64,000 bases of DNA, taken from assembly GCF_030028105.1 (NCBI RefSeq), contig NC_092395.1, positions 42,870,459-42,934,458 of the forward strand, read 5' to 3'. Position numbers and translations under genes: made by a program. Under the pieces are notes generated by a model, which worked only from the letters and a program-made list of their open reading frames with translations, was not told where the DNA came from and made no database searches. The stretch is from Mobula birostris (lineage: Eukaryota). How positions within the stretch are numbered: position 1 is the first letter of the stretch; every line of letters begins with the position of its first letter. Below, in pieces: positions 46,851 to 59,861 of this stretch.

Positions 46851-49800
46851 TGTCATGGTCCGGTCCGTGGACTCAGGATTCCGGGTCTTCCAGCTGTCCC
46901 TTGTTTGAGTTAATCACAGGCACCTGATTCCCATCTTGGGGCTTGGAATATAAGTAGCCTTGGGGTTGAGTGTGAGCTACTGGTTTGTCTTGTCAGTTCC
47001 CCTGCGAGCAGCCTGCCGGTGGAAGGCTAGACTGGCCACTTGTCATCTTTAGGCCGTGTTGGAGAACCATCGCTTCATGGAGCCTCGCTGTCAGTAGTCG
47101 GAGCTGGCTTTGCGATATGGATTCGGCTGTTTCCTGGGCCAGCTGCGTGGCTGCCAGTCACCTCGAGCTAGGTAGGGATCCAGCTGTTTCCGTAGCCAGT
47201 TGAGGTTGCTGGCCGAACTGAGACTCGGAGCTTCCCCGAAGCAGAGATGGAACTGTCTGTTGTTCTTTCATGTTTGTCTCTTCTTGTCCTCGCCTCTGTG
47301 GGGTAAGCCAGGCTGTTTTGCCGTTGCCCTGCGGGGGGTTCTGTCTTGTCTTGCCCTCGCCTCCGTGGGGTAAGTCAGGCCGTTCTGCCATTGCCCTGCA
47401 GAGGGTCTTGTCTTGTCTTCTCTTGTCCTCGCCTCCGTGGGGTAAATCAGGCCGTTTTACCGTTGCCCTGCGGGATGGGGTGGGTCTGTCTTGTCTTGTC
47501 CTCGCCTCTGTTGGGTAAGTCTGGCCGTTCTGCCGTTACCTGACGGAGGGACCTGTCCCACCTTGGTGTGAAGATGAAGTTGAGTCCCGGCTTGTCTTAG
47601 GGTGAGTCCCGGCTCTATGTCTATGTTCTGTTCTGTCCTGTCTCATGTTATTGTCGTGTGAAAGATGAGTCCCAGCTTGTCGAAGGATTAGTCCCGGCTC
47701 TATGTTAATGTTCAGTTCCCAGTCGGTCTCTCAACTCTAGCCTCGGAGTGATCAGCCTCCGCATTTCAAGACGAAGAACTCAAGGTCGAAGATCCCGCAG
47801 CCAAGCTCCAAGAACCCAAGCTTGAAGATCCCGCAGCCAAGCTCCAAGTCTCGATGATCCCGCAGCCAAGCTCCAAGAACCCCAGCCTCGATGATCCCGC
47901 AGCGAAGCTCCAAGTACCCGAGCCTCGATGATCCCGCAGCGAAGCTCCAAGTACCCGAGCCTCGATGATCCCGCAGCCAAGCTCCAAGTACCCGAGCCTC
48001 GATGATCCCGCAGCCAAGCTCCAAGTACCCGAGCCTCGATGATCCCGCAGCCAAGCTCCAAGTACCCGAGCCTCGATGATCCCGCAGCCAAGCTCCAAGT
48101 ACCCGAGCCTCGATGATCCCGCAGCCAAGCTCCAAGTACCCGAGCCTCGATGATCCCGCAGCCAAGCTCCGTACCCGAGCCTCGATGATCCCGCAGCCAA
48201 GCTCCGTACCCGAGCCTCGATGATCCCGCAGCCAAGCTCCAAGTACCCGAGCCTCGATGATCCCGCAGCCAAGCTCCAAGTACCCGAGCCTCGATGATCC
48301 CGCAGCCAAGCTCCAAGTACCCGAGCCTCGATGATCCCGCAGCCAAGCTCCAAGTACCCGAGCCTCGATGATCCCGCAGCCAAGCTCCAAGTACCCGAGC
48401 CTCGATGATCCCGCAGCCAAGCTCCAAGTACCCGAGCCTCGATGATTCCGCAGCCAAGCTCCAAGTACCCGAGCCTCGATGATCCCGCAGCCAAGCTCCA
48501 AGTACCCGAGCCTCGATGATCCCGCAGCCAAGCTCCAAGTACCCGAGCCTCGATGATCCCGCAGCCAAGCTCCAAGTACCCGAGCCTCGATGATCCCGCA
48601 GCCAAGCTCCAAGTACCCGAGCCTCGATGATCCCGCAGCCAAGCTCCAAGTACCCGAGCCTCGATGATCCCGCAGCCAAGCTCCAAGTACCCGAGCCTCG
48701 ATGATCCCGCAGCCAAGCTCCAAGTACCCGAGCCTCGATGATCCCGCAGCCAAGCTCCAAGTACCCGAGCCTCGATGATCCCGCAGCCAAGCTCCAAGTA
48801 CCCGAGCCTCGATGATCCCGCAGCCAAGCTCCAAGTACCCGAGCCTCGATGATCCCGCAGCCAAGCTCCAAGTACCCGAGCCTCGATGATCCCGCAGCCA
48901 AGCTCCAAGTACCCGAGCCTCGATGATCCCGCAGCCAAGCTCCAAGTACCCGAGCCTCGATGATCCCGCAGCCAAGCTCCAAGTACCCGAGCCTCGATGA
49001 TCCCGCAGCCAAGCTCCAAGTACCCGAGCCTCGATGATCCCGCAGCCAAGCTCCAAGTACCCGAGCCTCGATGATCCCGCAGCCAAGCTCCAAGTACCCG
49101 AGCCTCGATGATCCCGCAGCCAAGCTCCAAGTACCCGAGCCTCGATGATCCCGCAGCCAAGCTCCAAGTACCCGAGCCTCGATGATCCCGCAGCCAAGCT
49201 CCAAGTACCCGAGCCTCGATGATCCCGCAGCCAAGCTCCAAGTACCCGAGCCTCGATGATCCCGCAGCCAAGCTCCAAGTACCCGAGCCTCGATGATCCC
49301 GCAGCCAAGCTCCAAGTACCCGAGCCTCGATGATCCCGCAGCCAAGCTCCAAGTACCCGAGCCTCGATGATCCCGCAGCCAAGCTCCAAGTACCCGAGCC
49401 TCGAGGATCCCAAGCCAAGCTCCAAGAATACAAGTCTGAAGTCCTCCAAGCTCCAGATTCAAGACCCAGGACTCCAACCGGCCTCCAAGCCCCAGACTCA
49501 AGACCCAGGACCCCAGCCGGCCTCCAAGCCCCAGACTCAAGACCCAGGACTCCAACCGGCCTCCAAGCCCCAGACTCAAGACCCAGGACCCCAGCCGGCC
49601 TCCAAGCCCCAGACTCAAGACTCAAGACCGCAGCCGGCTTCCAAGCTCAAGACCAAGGACACCAGCCTCAAGAGCAAAGACCCCGGCCTGTCTCCAAGCT
49701 CAGGCCTCTAGTCCCCAGCCACGTCCTGTCCTGAAGCCATGTCATGTCCTTGCCTGGTTCTGGGGTCCGAGCCCAAGGCAAGACCCGGGTTCTGGGTCCT

Positions 49801-50006
49801 TGTCCAGTCTCGGGATCGGAGTCGATGCCTTGTCTCCTATTCCATGGTTTCTAGTCCTTGTCCCGCTTTCCCTAGCCCAAGTCTGCGTTCTTGTCCCTGA
49901 TCCTTGCCTGAATCCTGTCACGTTCCTACTCTAGCCAGGTCCTGTTCCTTGTACTTCAGTGTCTGTGTCTCGCATTTGGGTCCGTTCCCAGCACCCCATT
50001 GTGACA
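46851..50006 (+). mobile_element. Solo LTR (family B) enlarged by tandem repeats
   Basis: TGTCATGG...TGTGACA termini; TSD ATGGA/GTGGA; interrupts sushi gag. Confidence 0.9.
47780..49420. repeat. 37-bp minisatellite (CCTCGATGATCCCGCAGCCAAGCTCCAAGTACCCGAG), about 44 copies
   Basis: Period measured directly (48001 to 48038); followed by ~4 copies of a 39-bp unit near 49470-49630. Confidence 0.97.
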
Positions 50007-50439
50007 GTGGAATCTGTTCTAAGTGAAGTTACGGAGGCAATGTGGCAGATAATCTCGTGCCGCCAAGCCCAGTCTCACTTGGAGGGACAGGTATCGTCCC
50101 TGACCGCAACTGTTCAACAGCTCACCACAGACAATCGGACTCGGGTGTCTGCTCTTTCCGTACTCACGGTCGCCATCCACGAACTTGAGGTGAACAGCCA
50201 GCATCAGCTGACAGTCATTAACGTTCGGGCCAGCTCAATTCAGCAGCTTTAAGCCGCCTCAGTCCCACTCCCAGCATCTCGCAGGTCCTCCTTTTCCGCT
50301 GCCCCGATGAGCTCTGCTACTGGTGCCCCTGCTCCAGTGCCTGGACCAGAGCAGACTCCCACGACCGTATAGGAACCCACTATTCCACTACCAGGCACAT
50401 ATTTTATGTGATCCCGATAGTTGCAGGAATTTTACTTTG

Positions 50440-50583
50440 AACATAGAACATAGAATAGTACAGCACAGTACAGGCCCTTCGGCCCACAATGTTGTGCCGA
50501 CCCTCAAACCCTGCCTCTCATATAAACCCCCACCTTAGATTCCTCCATATACATGTCTAGTAGTCTCTTAAACTTCACTAGTT
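50440..50583 (-). mobile_element. CR1 3' end fragment
   Basis: AACATAGAACATAGAA tail and GGCCCTTCGGCCCAC 3' UTR motif inserted in sushi gag. Confidence 0.65.
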
Positions 50584-53500
50584 TAACTTCACTAATTTTA
50601 TAAACCCACTGAGAGCTGACATTCCAAGCCTAGCCTGGTCGTTTTGGTGATGATGCGCGAAAATTGGCGTACATGGTCGATCTTCTTGACGGACCTCCAC
50701 TCAACCTGTTCAAAGCTTTACGGGAGCAAGGATACCCCGCAACCCAGTCATTCTGACATTTCGTGGAGGAGTTAAGGAGAGTTTTTGATCTTCCAGTACG
50801 GAGTCAGGAAACTACCCACCGACTGTTGCACCTGCTCCAAGGCAGAGGAACGGTGAGAGCCTATGCAGTGAAATTCCGTATCCTTGAGGTAGAGACGGGA
50901 TGGAATGAGAGATCTCTCATCACTGCCTTCCAGCGTGGACTGAACGCAGGGGTCCGGCATGAGTTCGCTCTTCGGGAAGAGCAGGATAGTCTGGATGACC
51001 TGATTAATCTGGCTATTCGAGTTGATGACCGGGAAACTGAGTGGCGCAGGGAAAGAAAGCGTCAAACTTCCTGATCACCGTCCATCCTCGACCTCTCCCC
51101 CTCCCTCACCACCCAGCACCCAGCCCACGGAGGAGCCTATGCAAGTGGGATGGATGCGCCTGTCTCGGGAGGAACGAGTGCCGCGCTGCAGAACAGCTTC
51201 CTGTCTTTACTGCGGTGATCCAGGACACTTCCGGGCGGCATGTTCCAAGCATCCAGTAAAAGGGAAAACCCGTCAGCAGAGAGGGGAATCCTGTCGGGTC
51301 GGTTCTCTCTTCAGTCAGCTTCCCCAATTCTGTAATGCTCGCAGCTTCCATGTCGTGGAGGTCTCAGACCCATGAACCTAGGGCGTTTATAGACTCCGGT
51401 GCAGCCGGGAACCTTATGGACATCTCTCTCACTGAGTGATGGGGAGTTCCAACTCAGGAATTAAGAGAAAAGATCAACGACAAGGCGCTGGACGGTCGAC
51501 CTCTGGGAACCTGCCCGATCAACCTTTCCAAGCAACCCCTCCAACTAGTGCTCGAAGACAACCATCATGAAGAAATATCTTTCATTCTGGTTAATTCTCC
51601 TGAACTGCCACTAGTACTTGGTCTTCCCTGGTTAACCCGACATAACCCACGGATCAATTGGTCTCTGAAGGTACTCCAAGAGTGGGGACCGGCATGCCTG
51701 TCTACCTGTCTAGGTCCAGCTCAGGCTCCATTCCATGAATTCCTCTCCCTGTGTCAGCAAAGGATGTGGACCTGTCTGGGATTCCGGCTGTATATGCGGA
51801 TCTCCCTGATGATTTCAGTAAAAGAAAGGCCACCACCCTACCCCCACACTGGCCATACGACTGTGCCATAGACCTCCTACCTGGCACTCGTCCTCTCCGG
51901 GGCCGGCTCTTTTCCCTCTCTCGTCCTGAAATGGTGGCCATGGAGGAATACATTAAGGAGGCATTGAGCATGGGGTTTACCGTCCGTCAAACTCGCCGGC
52001 AGGAGCGGTATTCTTTTTTGTGAACAAGAAAGATGGCAAGCTCCGTCCCCGCATCGATTATCGGTCCCTGAACAACATCACTGTGAAGAACAGCTACCCT
52101 CTTCCATTGCTGGCATCTGCGTTTGAACATTTACAGGGAGCAATAATATTTTACAAAATTGATCTGCGTAATGCTTACAATCTGATTCGTATAAGAGAAG
52201 GAGATGAGTGGAAAACGGCTTTCAGCACCTCCAATGAGCACTATGAATACCTGGTGTTGTATTTTGGTCTGGCCAACGCCCCCGCTGTATTCCAGGCCTT
52301 GGTTAACGATGTGCTTAGGGTCATGTTGAACCAGTTTGTGTTTGTGTCTGTAACATGCAACATGCTGTAAGGTTCCACTGATAATGTAATGGTTTCTCTG
52401 TAGCAGCAATGTTTGGGTTATGATGACTAGAGATAACGGGGTTTGGAATGCTGTTGTTCTTTCTTGTGAGTCTGGAAGAGAGATTTTGGCGGTCTTTTGC
52501 CGGGGAGGGAGGAGAGACGACGCGAATGGAGGGAGTTGGTAGACCGCCGAAGGGAGTGGACTTGGAGCGAGGGTTCGAAGGGCAGCGACGATAGGAGGAG
52601 GTCAATGGTAGATGACAGGCTTATCAGTGAGCTCCTTTTTCTGTTTTTTCGTTTTCTTTACTAATCCTATCGTCAAAGTAAGAATTATGAAGCTTAATCG
52701 TTTAATCGCATATTGTACACTGTTTGTTATTTCGGGGTACTGATTTGTAACCGGGGGCACATGGCGCAGCATCCACCCAAACGAGGTTTCTTAAGTTTGG
52801 CCGGGCGGGGGGCTATCACCCCCTATATTAAGCCGCTAGCCGAAGCGAGAGTTACAATTGTGGGATTGATTCCGTTGGATGCTGTGTGATGACCCTGAGC
52901 AATGAACCAATGGGGCAGATAGTTGTACTCCGGATGAGTTGTTAATTCGCCTGTTAAGTACTGTTAAAATTGCAATTGTGGGCGGAGGTTTGATAAAACG
53001 GCTGGGGCAGCTCTGGTTTTAATGCGGACCAGCGCTGAGGAGTGAGGGGAAGGAGTGGTCGGATTTAGAATGTCTAATTAGTCCACGTTCCCCAGTGAAG
53101 AGTGAGAATTCAGAGTTAGTATCCACCCTTGCTTCTCTGGCGAATAAATTGAAAAATCAGGTTCAAAGTCCCAGCTATGGCAGACTCCGCCTATTCTCTG
53201 GAAAAACGCCACCCCTAAAGGAGAGGAGGAGTACGAGACTTGGGCGGAGCGGACCTCTCAGTTGTCAGATGAGTGACAGTGCTCTGATGTAAAGCGGCAG
53301 AGAATGGTTGAAAGTTTGAATGGGCGAGCCGCTGAGGTTGTGAGAGCTGTCAGGTTGAAATATCCGGTAGCGACAGCTGTCAATTACATGCAAGCACTGG
53401 GCAATGCTTTTGGCCCAAATGGAAGCCCAATGGAGCTCATGCTGGGCTTTCAGAACATGCGTCAGGAGAAGGGGAAGAAGTTTCTGGTTTTATTTTTCGG

Positions 53501-53815
53501 CTAGAGGCGCAGCTAAATTATTTGTAGCGCAGAGGGGTCATTCAGGCGGCTGAGGTGCATCAGTTAAGAACGGACCAGACAGCCAGGAACGCCCAGTCCA
53601 ATGAACTGTTTGCTTGGGGTCTCCGACAGTCTCGTAAGATGCGCCCCCCCCCCCCCCCCATCTTTTGTTGAGCTGATCAGAGAGGAAGAGGAGTACACGG
53701 CGGAAGCTCGGGAGGACTCTGTCAGCAGGATACAGTCCTCGGTAGTCGTCCTCTACGGGAAGTGACCACAGATAGCCTACCCCGGGGAGCGGTAGAGGAG
53801 ATTGTGGCAGAGTTG

Positions 53816-55309
53816 TGTAAGACTCACTTTGCCGACTGGTATGATCTCGGGGGTGGCGCCCCATACCCGGCCAAACTTTAGCACTCTTGTTTGGGTGGAT
53901 GCTACGTGTTGTGTCCCCTGTGTAACATCAGTACCCCGAAATAACATTCAGTCCACAATGTACGGTTAAACGATTTATATTTTATATTTAAGACTCAAGA
54001 TTCAAATACTTTATTGTCATTCGAACCGTACATCAGCTCTGCAGGGCAGAATGAGACAGCGTTTCTCAGGAGCAGTGCAATCATAACATAACAAACGCAA
54101 CACTAAATAATAAACATAACAATAAATAGTAAAACACAACAGCCACATGTCAGTTAAAATCAGTTATAAGTGTCCAGTGCAGGTTAAAAGTATCCAAAGC
54201 AGAGTCAGGTAGAGCAGCTATTTAGCAGTCTGACTGCCTGTGGGAGGAAGCTGTTTAGTAGCCTTGTGGTTTTAGTTTTGATGCTCCTGTAACAGTTCAT
54301 GGAGAGGGTGTGAGGGGTCTTTAATGATGTACCGTGTCTTCTGGAGGCAGCGAATCTGAAAGAGGTCTTGGACAGAAGGTAGGGATACCCCAATAACCTT
54401 CTCTGCTCCCCTAACCACCCTCTGCAAGGCTTTTTTGTCGACAGCACTGCAGCTGGAGTACCAGGTTATGATGCAAAAGGTCAGCACACTCTGAACCACG
54501 CCTCTGTAGAATGTAGTTAAGATGTTAGTGGGGAGTGATGCTTGTTTAAGCTTTCTCAGAAAGTGCAATCTCTGCTGGGCCCGTTTCACAATCCCAGTGG
54601 TGTTCCTGGACCAGGTGAGATTGTTCGAGATCTGCACCCCAAGGAACATGATGTTTTCCACTCTCTCCACTATGGAGCCGCTGATGCTGAGGGGTGTGTG
54701 CTCAGTCTGAGACCGTCTGAAATCGACGATCATTTCCTTGGTTTTGGTGACATTAAGCATCAAGTTCTTATCCCTGCACCAGCTCTCTAGGTGTTTGACC
54801 TCCTCCCTGTACATTGTTTCAGCATTTTTGCTGATGAGCCCCACCACTGTGGTATCATCTGCAAATTTAGTGATTAAGTATGGGGTTAGTAGAGAAACAA
54901 GAGCAATGAAAAACAAATAAAAGGCGCCGACAGTCTCATAAACATGTCCAGTACACAAACGTTGGAGCTCACTGATTCCCTTTCGCTGATCCTCCTTCGC
55001 TCGTCGTCGACCCCTGGGCTCCCGCCCCGAGCCCAGGACCAGCGGGCCGGCAACCGTCTCCTCAAGCCACGTCTTCTCTCTTCATCCTCCTCGCGCCTTC
55101 TCCCCCAAGCCCGCGCAAACTAACAGCTTTCACACAGACAGAAGCAATAACCTCTATCCCAATTGGTTAGCAAATGAATACAAGTCTTGTTATCACTAAT
55201 TATAACCCAAACATGCCGCTGCAGAGAACATTACCTCATCAGTTAACATTACAGAGAGGCCATTTCATTATTAGCCTTAGCAAGTAATATGAAAGAAGAA
55301 ACCCTTACA
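53816..55309 (-). mobile_element. Inverted solo LTR in gag of PNMA-type copy 2
   Basis: TGTAA...TTACA termini; flanks GTTG/CTTG restore EIVAELRKEI; contains the reverse complement of the TTATTTCGGGGTACTGAT LTR block. Confidence 0.75.
53990..54880 (-). mobile_element. Rex1/Babar-like LINE 3' fragment
   Basis: KFADDTTVVGLI, LNVTKTKEMIVDFRR, AQQRLHFLRKL, FYRGVVQSVLTFCI in ORF 54272-54958. Confidence 0.9.
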
Positions 55310-58300
55310 CTTGAGAAAGGAAATATGTCGGCTGTTATCAGCGGGTGTGACCCCCCCCCCCCAATATGATGAAGCAGATGGAGGGGCGGATCCCCCAAGG
55401 AGGCGAACAATGTGGAGGGCTGCCCGCAGCAGGTGTCACGCCAGAAGGAGAGTGAGCCCCCGGGTACCTAAGCAGGGAGAGTCGTTGGGAAAACCTGGAG
55501 GAGAGAGGGAACGGCCTGGTGTCTCTGGGGAAACACGTTCCCAGCAACGTACCAAGGAACCCCCGAAAGCGAAAGCCCAATTCCTGAAGGCTTAGTGGGT
55601 CCATGCTCCGGTGTGTCGCTACGAATAGAGGGTACTTATGCTAAAACCATACTCGACACCGGGTCACAGGTCACATTGTTGCACCGTTCGTTTTACAACC
55701 GGTATGTGAAGCATTTACCATTGACAACATTCAGGGCACCGGAGATCTGGGGGCTTAGTGCTAGTGATTATCCATACGACGGTCATTTGTCAGTGAAGTT
55801 GGAGTTCTCGCAAGCCGATATGGGAGTGTCTGAGGTCCTTGATACATTGGTGCTGGTTTGTCCGGACCACATTGAGAAGGGCGGCGTTTCAATTCTAGTG
55901 GGGACCAACACCCCTCTTGTGAAGAGGCTCACGAGGGCCTGCAAGGAGAAGGCTGGCGAGAGCTTTCTGGGAACATTGTCCGTGCACCCGGTGTTTCGAG
56001 CTGCTTTTAAGGAAGTGCGTTGCTGCATCAGGCCGGATATCGAATTTAGACGAGGGACTGTGTGGTTCACCCAGTCGATGCCAATGGTAGTACGGCCCGG
56101 GGAAGTGGCGAGAGTGATGGGGACCCCCAAATTTCCAGGAGTGCCCTCTCAGTGGACGCACCGGAAGACCACGTGCGGGAGTCAGGATTTCCTGCTGGGG
56201 TACCAGTGAGGCCCGTATCGCAGAAGCCCTCGGTTGTACAGGCAAGCAGGATGGCAGTGATTGTCAGGAACTCTACGAAGACGGACGTGACCTTCAAGCG
56301 GGGGATGCCCCTGGCGCATTTGTTCCCGGTGACGGTAATGTCTAGTGCCCCTGTGAGACACGCCGGGGAGAAACTATTGGAAAAGGGGGGAACGTTGACG
56401 GCTGAGTCATTCAACTTCGGGAACTCCTGGGTTCCTGCGGATTGGAAGAAGAGGTTGGTCGAGAAGTTGTTTAAGTTGGAAGGTGTATTTTCCACTGACG
56501 AGTTTGATGTGGGTTGTTCCAAGAGCACGCGTCACACTATCCAGGTGACTGAGGATACCCCATTCAGAGAAAGGTCGCGGCGGCTGGCCCCTGCACAGCT
56601 GGAGGACGTTCGGCAGCATTTGTGTAAGTTGAAGGAAGCTGGGATCACCACCGAGTCCCGAAGCCCCTATGCGTCCCCAGAAGATGAATGGGAAGGTACG
56701 GATGTGTGTGGACTATAGGACTCTGAACAGGCGCACCATCCCTGACCAGGGTACTGTCCCGAGGATTGAAAACGCGCTGGTCTGCCTGAGTGGTGTGAAG
56801 TGGTTCACTGTGCTGGACTTGAGGAGTGGATATTTCCAGATCCCCATGAGTGAGGCCGACAAAGAAAAAACGGCATTTATATTTCCTCCGGGATTTTGCC
56901 AGTTCGGAAGGATGCCCCAGGGCATTTCGGGAGCTCCTGCAACCTTCCAGTGGGCCATGGAGAAGACGGTGGGGGATATGAACTTGCTTGAGGTAGTGGT
57001 ATATCTGAATGACCTCATAGTATTTGAATCCACCTTGGAAGAACATTAAGCGAGGCTGCTGAAGGTGCTGGGCCGTCTGAAAACTGAAGCATTAAAGCTT
57101 TCCCTGGGCAAGTGCCGGTTCTGCCAAACGTCTGTTAGCTACGTTGGGCACATAGTCTCACGGATAGGGTAGTTCAGACCCAGCTAAGATCGAGGCGGTT
57201 ACCAATTGGCGAAACCCCAGACTGTCAGCACTCTGCTCTCGTTCCTCAGGTTCTGTGGTTACTATCAGGGGTTTGTGGAAGGCTACGTGGAAGTGAGTCA
57301 CCCTTTCAATCAGCTTCTGTGCAGTTACCCTCCCTTGGGGAGGAAAAGGAGGGGAAAAATGGACAAGAGGGTGGAGACTGTCATAGCCCGTCAGAGCCCT
57401 TTGGACCGAGGTGGGATGCAAAATGTGAGGAGGCCTTCAGTCGCTGAAGGAGCAGCTGACCCAGGCGCTAGTTCTGGCTTTTGCGGACCCTCGATTACCG
57501 TATGTACTAGAAATATTGCCAGACGAGAGGGTCTGGGGGCGTCGTGTATCAGGGTCAGGGCTCCGGGTTGTGGCCTGTGACGTTTGTCAGACGGAGTCTG
57601 TCGCCCTCCGAGAAAAACTATCCCACGCACAATTTGGAATTTCTGGCGTTGAAATGGGCGGTGGTGGATAAGCTGAGTGACTACCCCTACGGGGCCAAGT
57701 TTGTGGTGAGGACGGACAACAACCCCTAACTTATATCCTGACCTCGGCGAAACTGGATGCCACAGGCCATCGGTGGTTGGCGAGGTTATCTGCCTATGAT
57801 TTCAGCCTGAAGTACCGGCCGGGAAGCAGGAACGTCGATGATGGTGCTTTGTCCCGACGGGCGGACGAGGGACTGGTCAGGACCGAGGAGTGAGAGAGCG
57901 TTCCTGCCCCGGGGTGAAGGCCATGTGCACTTTGCCATCACCGTGAAGGCAGAGGAAAAGGAGGGGCAAGAGCGAGCGGTGGATCAATTGGGGGCTTCTG
58001 ATGCCGTAATCCCCCAAATTTATTGTAACCTGACTGTTCTGAAGACAGATCAGCGGCCGGAATTGAGTTCTGAGGATGTGGCTGCTGCTCAGCGAGATGG
58101 TCTGGGCATTGGTACCATTTAGGTGGTGGTCGAAAAGGGAGACATGGCTCAGGCGGAGAGGACGAAACACGCGTCGGTGCCTCCATTACTACGAGAATGG
58201 CCTCGGTTGGAGTTGAAGATCCAGATCCTATACCGGGTCACGTCACCCCCAGACCGACCCCGGCGTTGCCAGCTGGTTCTGCCCGAGAGGTATTGGAGGA

Positions 58301-58604
58301 TGGCGTTGAAGTCACTTCATGATGATCCTGGACATTTGGGGGTGGGAAAGAGCTATGGATCACTCAGAGACCGGTTTTACTGGCCCCGAATGAAGTCGGA
58401 GGTCGAAGAAGACTGCAAGTCATGCATTCGATGCATACGGCGGAAGACACTTCCTACGCGGGCAGCTCTCTTGTCCCACCTGCAGAATGCGGGGCCTCTG
58501 GACCTGGTGTGTATGGGTTTCCTGTCAATAAAACCTGATGCCAGCAACACGGCGAATGTCTTGGTAATCACGGACCACTACACCAGATATACTCTGGCTT
58601 TTCC

Positions 58605-59861
58605 TATCATGGTCTGGTCCGTGAAGTCCGCATTCCTGTTCACCGTCCGGTCCGTGGACTCAGGACTCCGGGTCTTCCAGCTGTCCCTCGTTTGATTGAG
58701 TTAAGCATAGGCATCTGATTCCCATCTTGGGGCTTTCAATATAAGTAGCCTTGGGGTTGAGTGTGGGCTTCTGGTTTGTCTTGTCAGTCCCCTTTCGAGC
58801 AACCTGCTGATGGAAGACTAGTGAAACCTTTCATGATCTCTAGGCCTGGTTGGAGGACCACCGCTTCATGGAGCCTTGTTGCCACTCGTTGGAATAGTGT
58901 TTGCGGTATGCATTCGGTTGTTTCTTGGGCCAGCTGAGTGGCTGCCAGCCACTCCGAGCTAGGTAGGGATCCAGCTGTTTCCTTAGCCAGCTGAGGTTGC
59001 TGGCTGAACTGAGACTCGGAGCTTTCCCGGAGCAGAGATGGAACTGTCTGTCGTTCTTTAGTGTTTGTCTCTTCTTGTCCTCGCTTCCGTGGGGTAAGCC
59101 AGGCTGTTTTGCCGTTGCCTTGCGGGGGGTCCTGTCTTGTCTTGTCTTATCCTCGCCTCTGTTGAGTAAGTCCAGCCGCTCTGCTGTTACCTGACGGAGG
59201 GACCTGTCCCACCTTGGTGTGGAGAGGAAGTTGAGTCCCGGCTTGTGTTAGGATAAGTCCCCGATCTATGTCTATGTTCTGTCCTGTCTCATGTCAGTGT
59301 CGTGTTACAGATGAGTCCCAGCTTGTCGAATGATAAGTCCCGGCTCTATGTTGATGTTCGGTTCCCAGTCTGTCACTGAGCTCCAAGAACCCAAGCTTCG
59401 ACGATCCCGCAGCCAAGCTACAAGAACCCAAACCTCGAGGATCCCAAGCCAAGCTCCAAGAACCCAAACCTCGAGGATCCCAAGCCAAGCTCAAGACCCA
59501 AGACCCCAGCCTGCAACCAAGCTCAAGAGCAAGGACCCCAGCCTGTCTCCAAGCTCAGGCCTCCAGACCCCAGCCACGTCCTGTCCTGAAGCCATGTCAT
59601 GTCCTTGCCTGGTTCTGGGGTCCGAGCCCGAGGCAAGGCTCAGGTTCTGGGTCCTTGTCCAGTCTCGGGCTCGGAGTCGAAGCCTTGTCTCCTATTCCAT
59701 GGTTTCTAGTCCTGGTCCCGCTTTCCCTAGCCCAAGTCTGTGTTCTTGTCACTGCTCCTGGTCTGAATCCTGTCACGTTCCTACTCTAATCAAGTCCTGT
59801 TCCTTCTACTTCAGTGTCTGGGTCTCGCATTTGGGTCTGTTCCCAGCACCCCATTGTGACA
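58605..59861 (+). mobile_element. Solo LTR (family B) in the integrase of PNMA-type copy 2
   Basis: T(A)TCATGG...TGTGACA termini; perfect 5-bp TSD TTTCC restoring AFPTKDQ. Confidence 0.9.

Noticed and set aside
47780-49420. CRISPR-like 37-bp repeats
   Set aside because: Units are contiguous with no unique spacers, no cas genes, eukaryotic context.
47752-49625. Three 565-619 aa minus-strand ORFs
   Set aside because: Artefact of a stop-free 37-bp tandem repeat (three units give a 37-aa period in every frame) inside an LTR.
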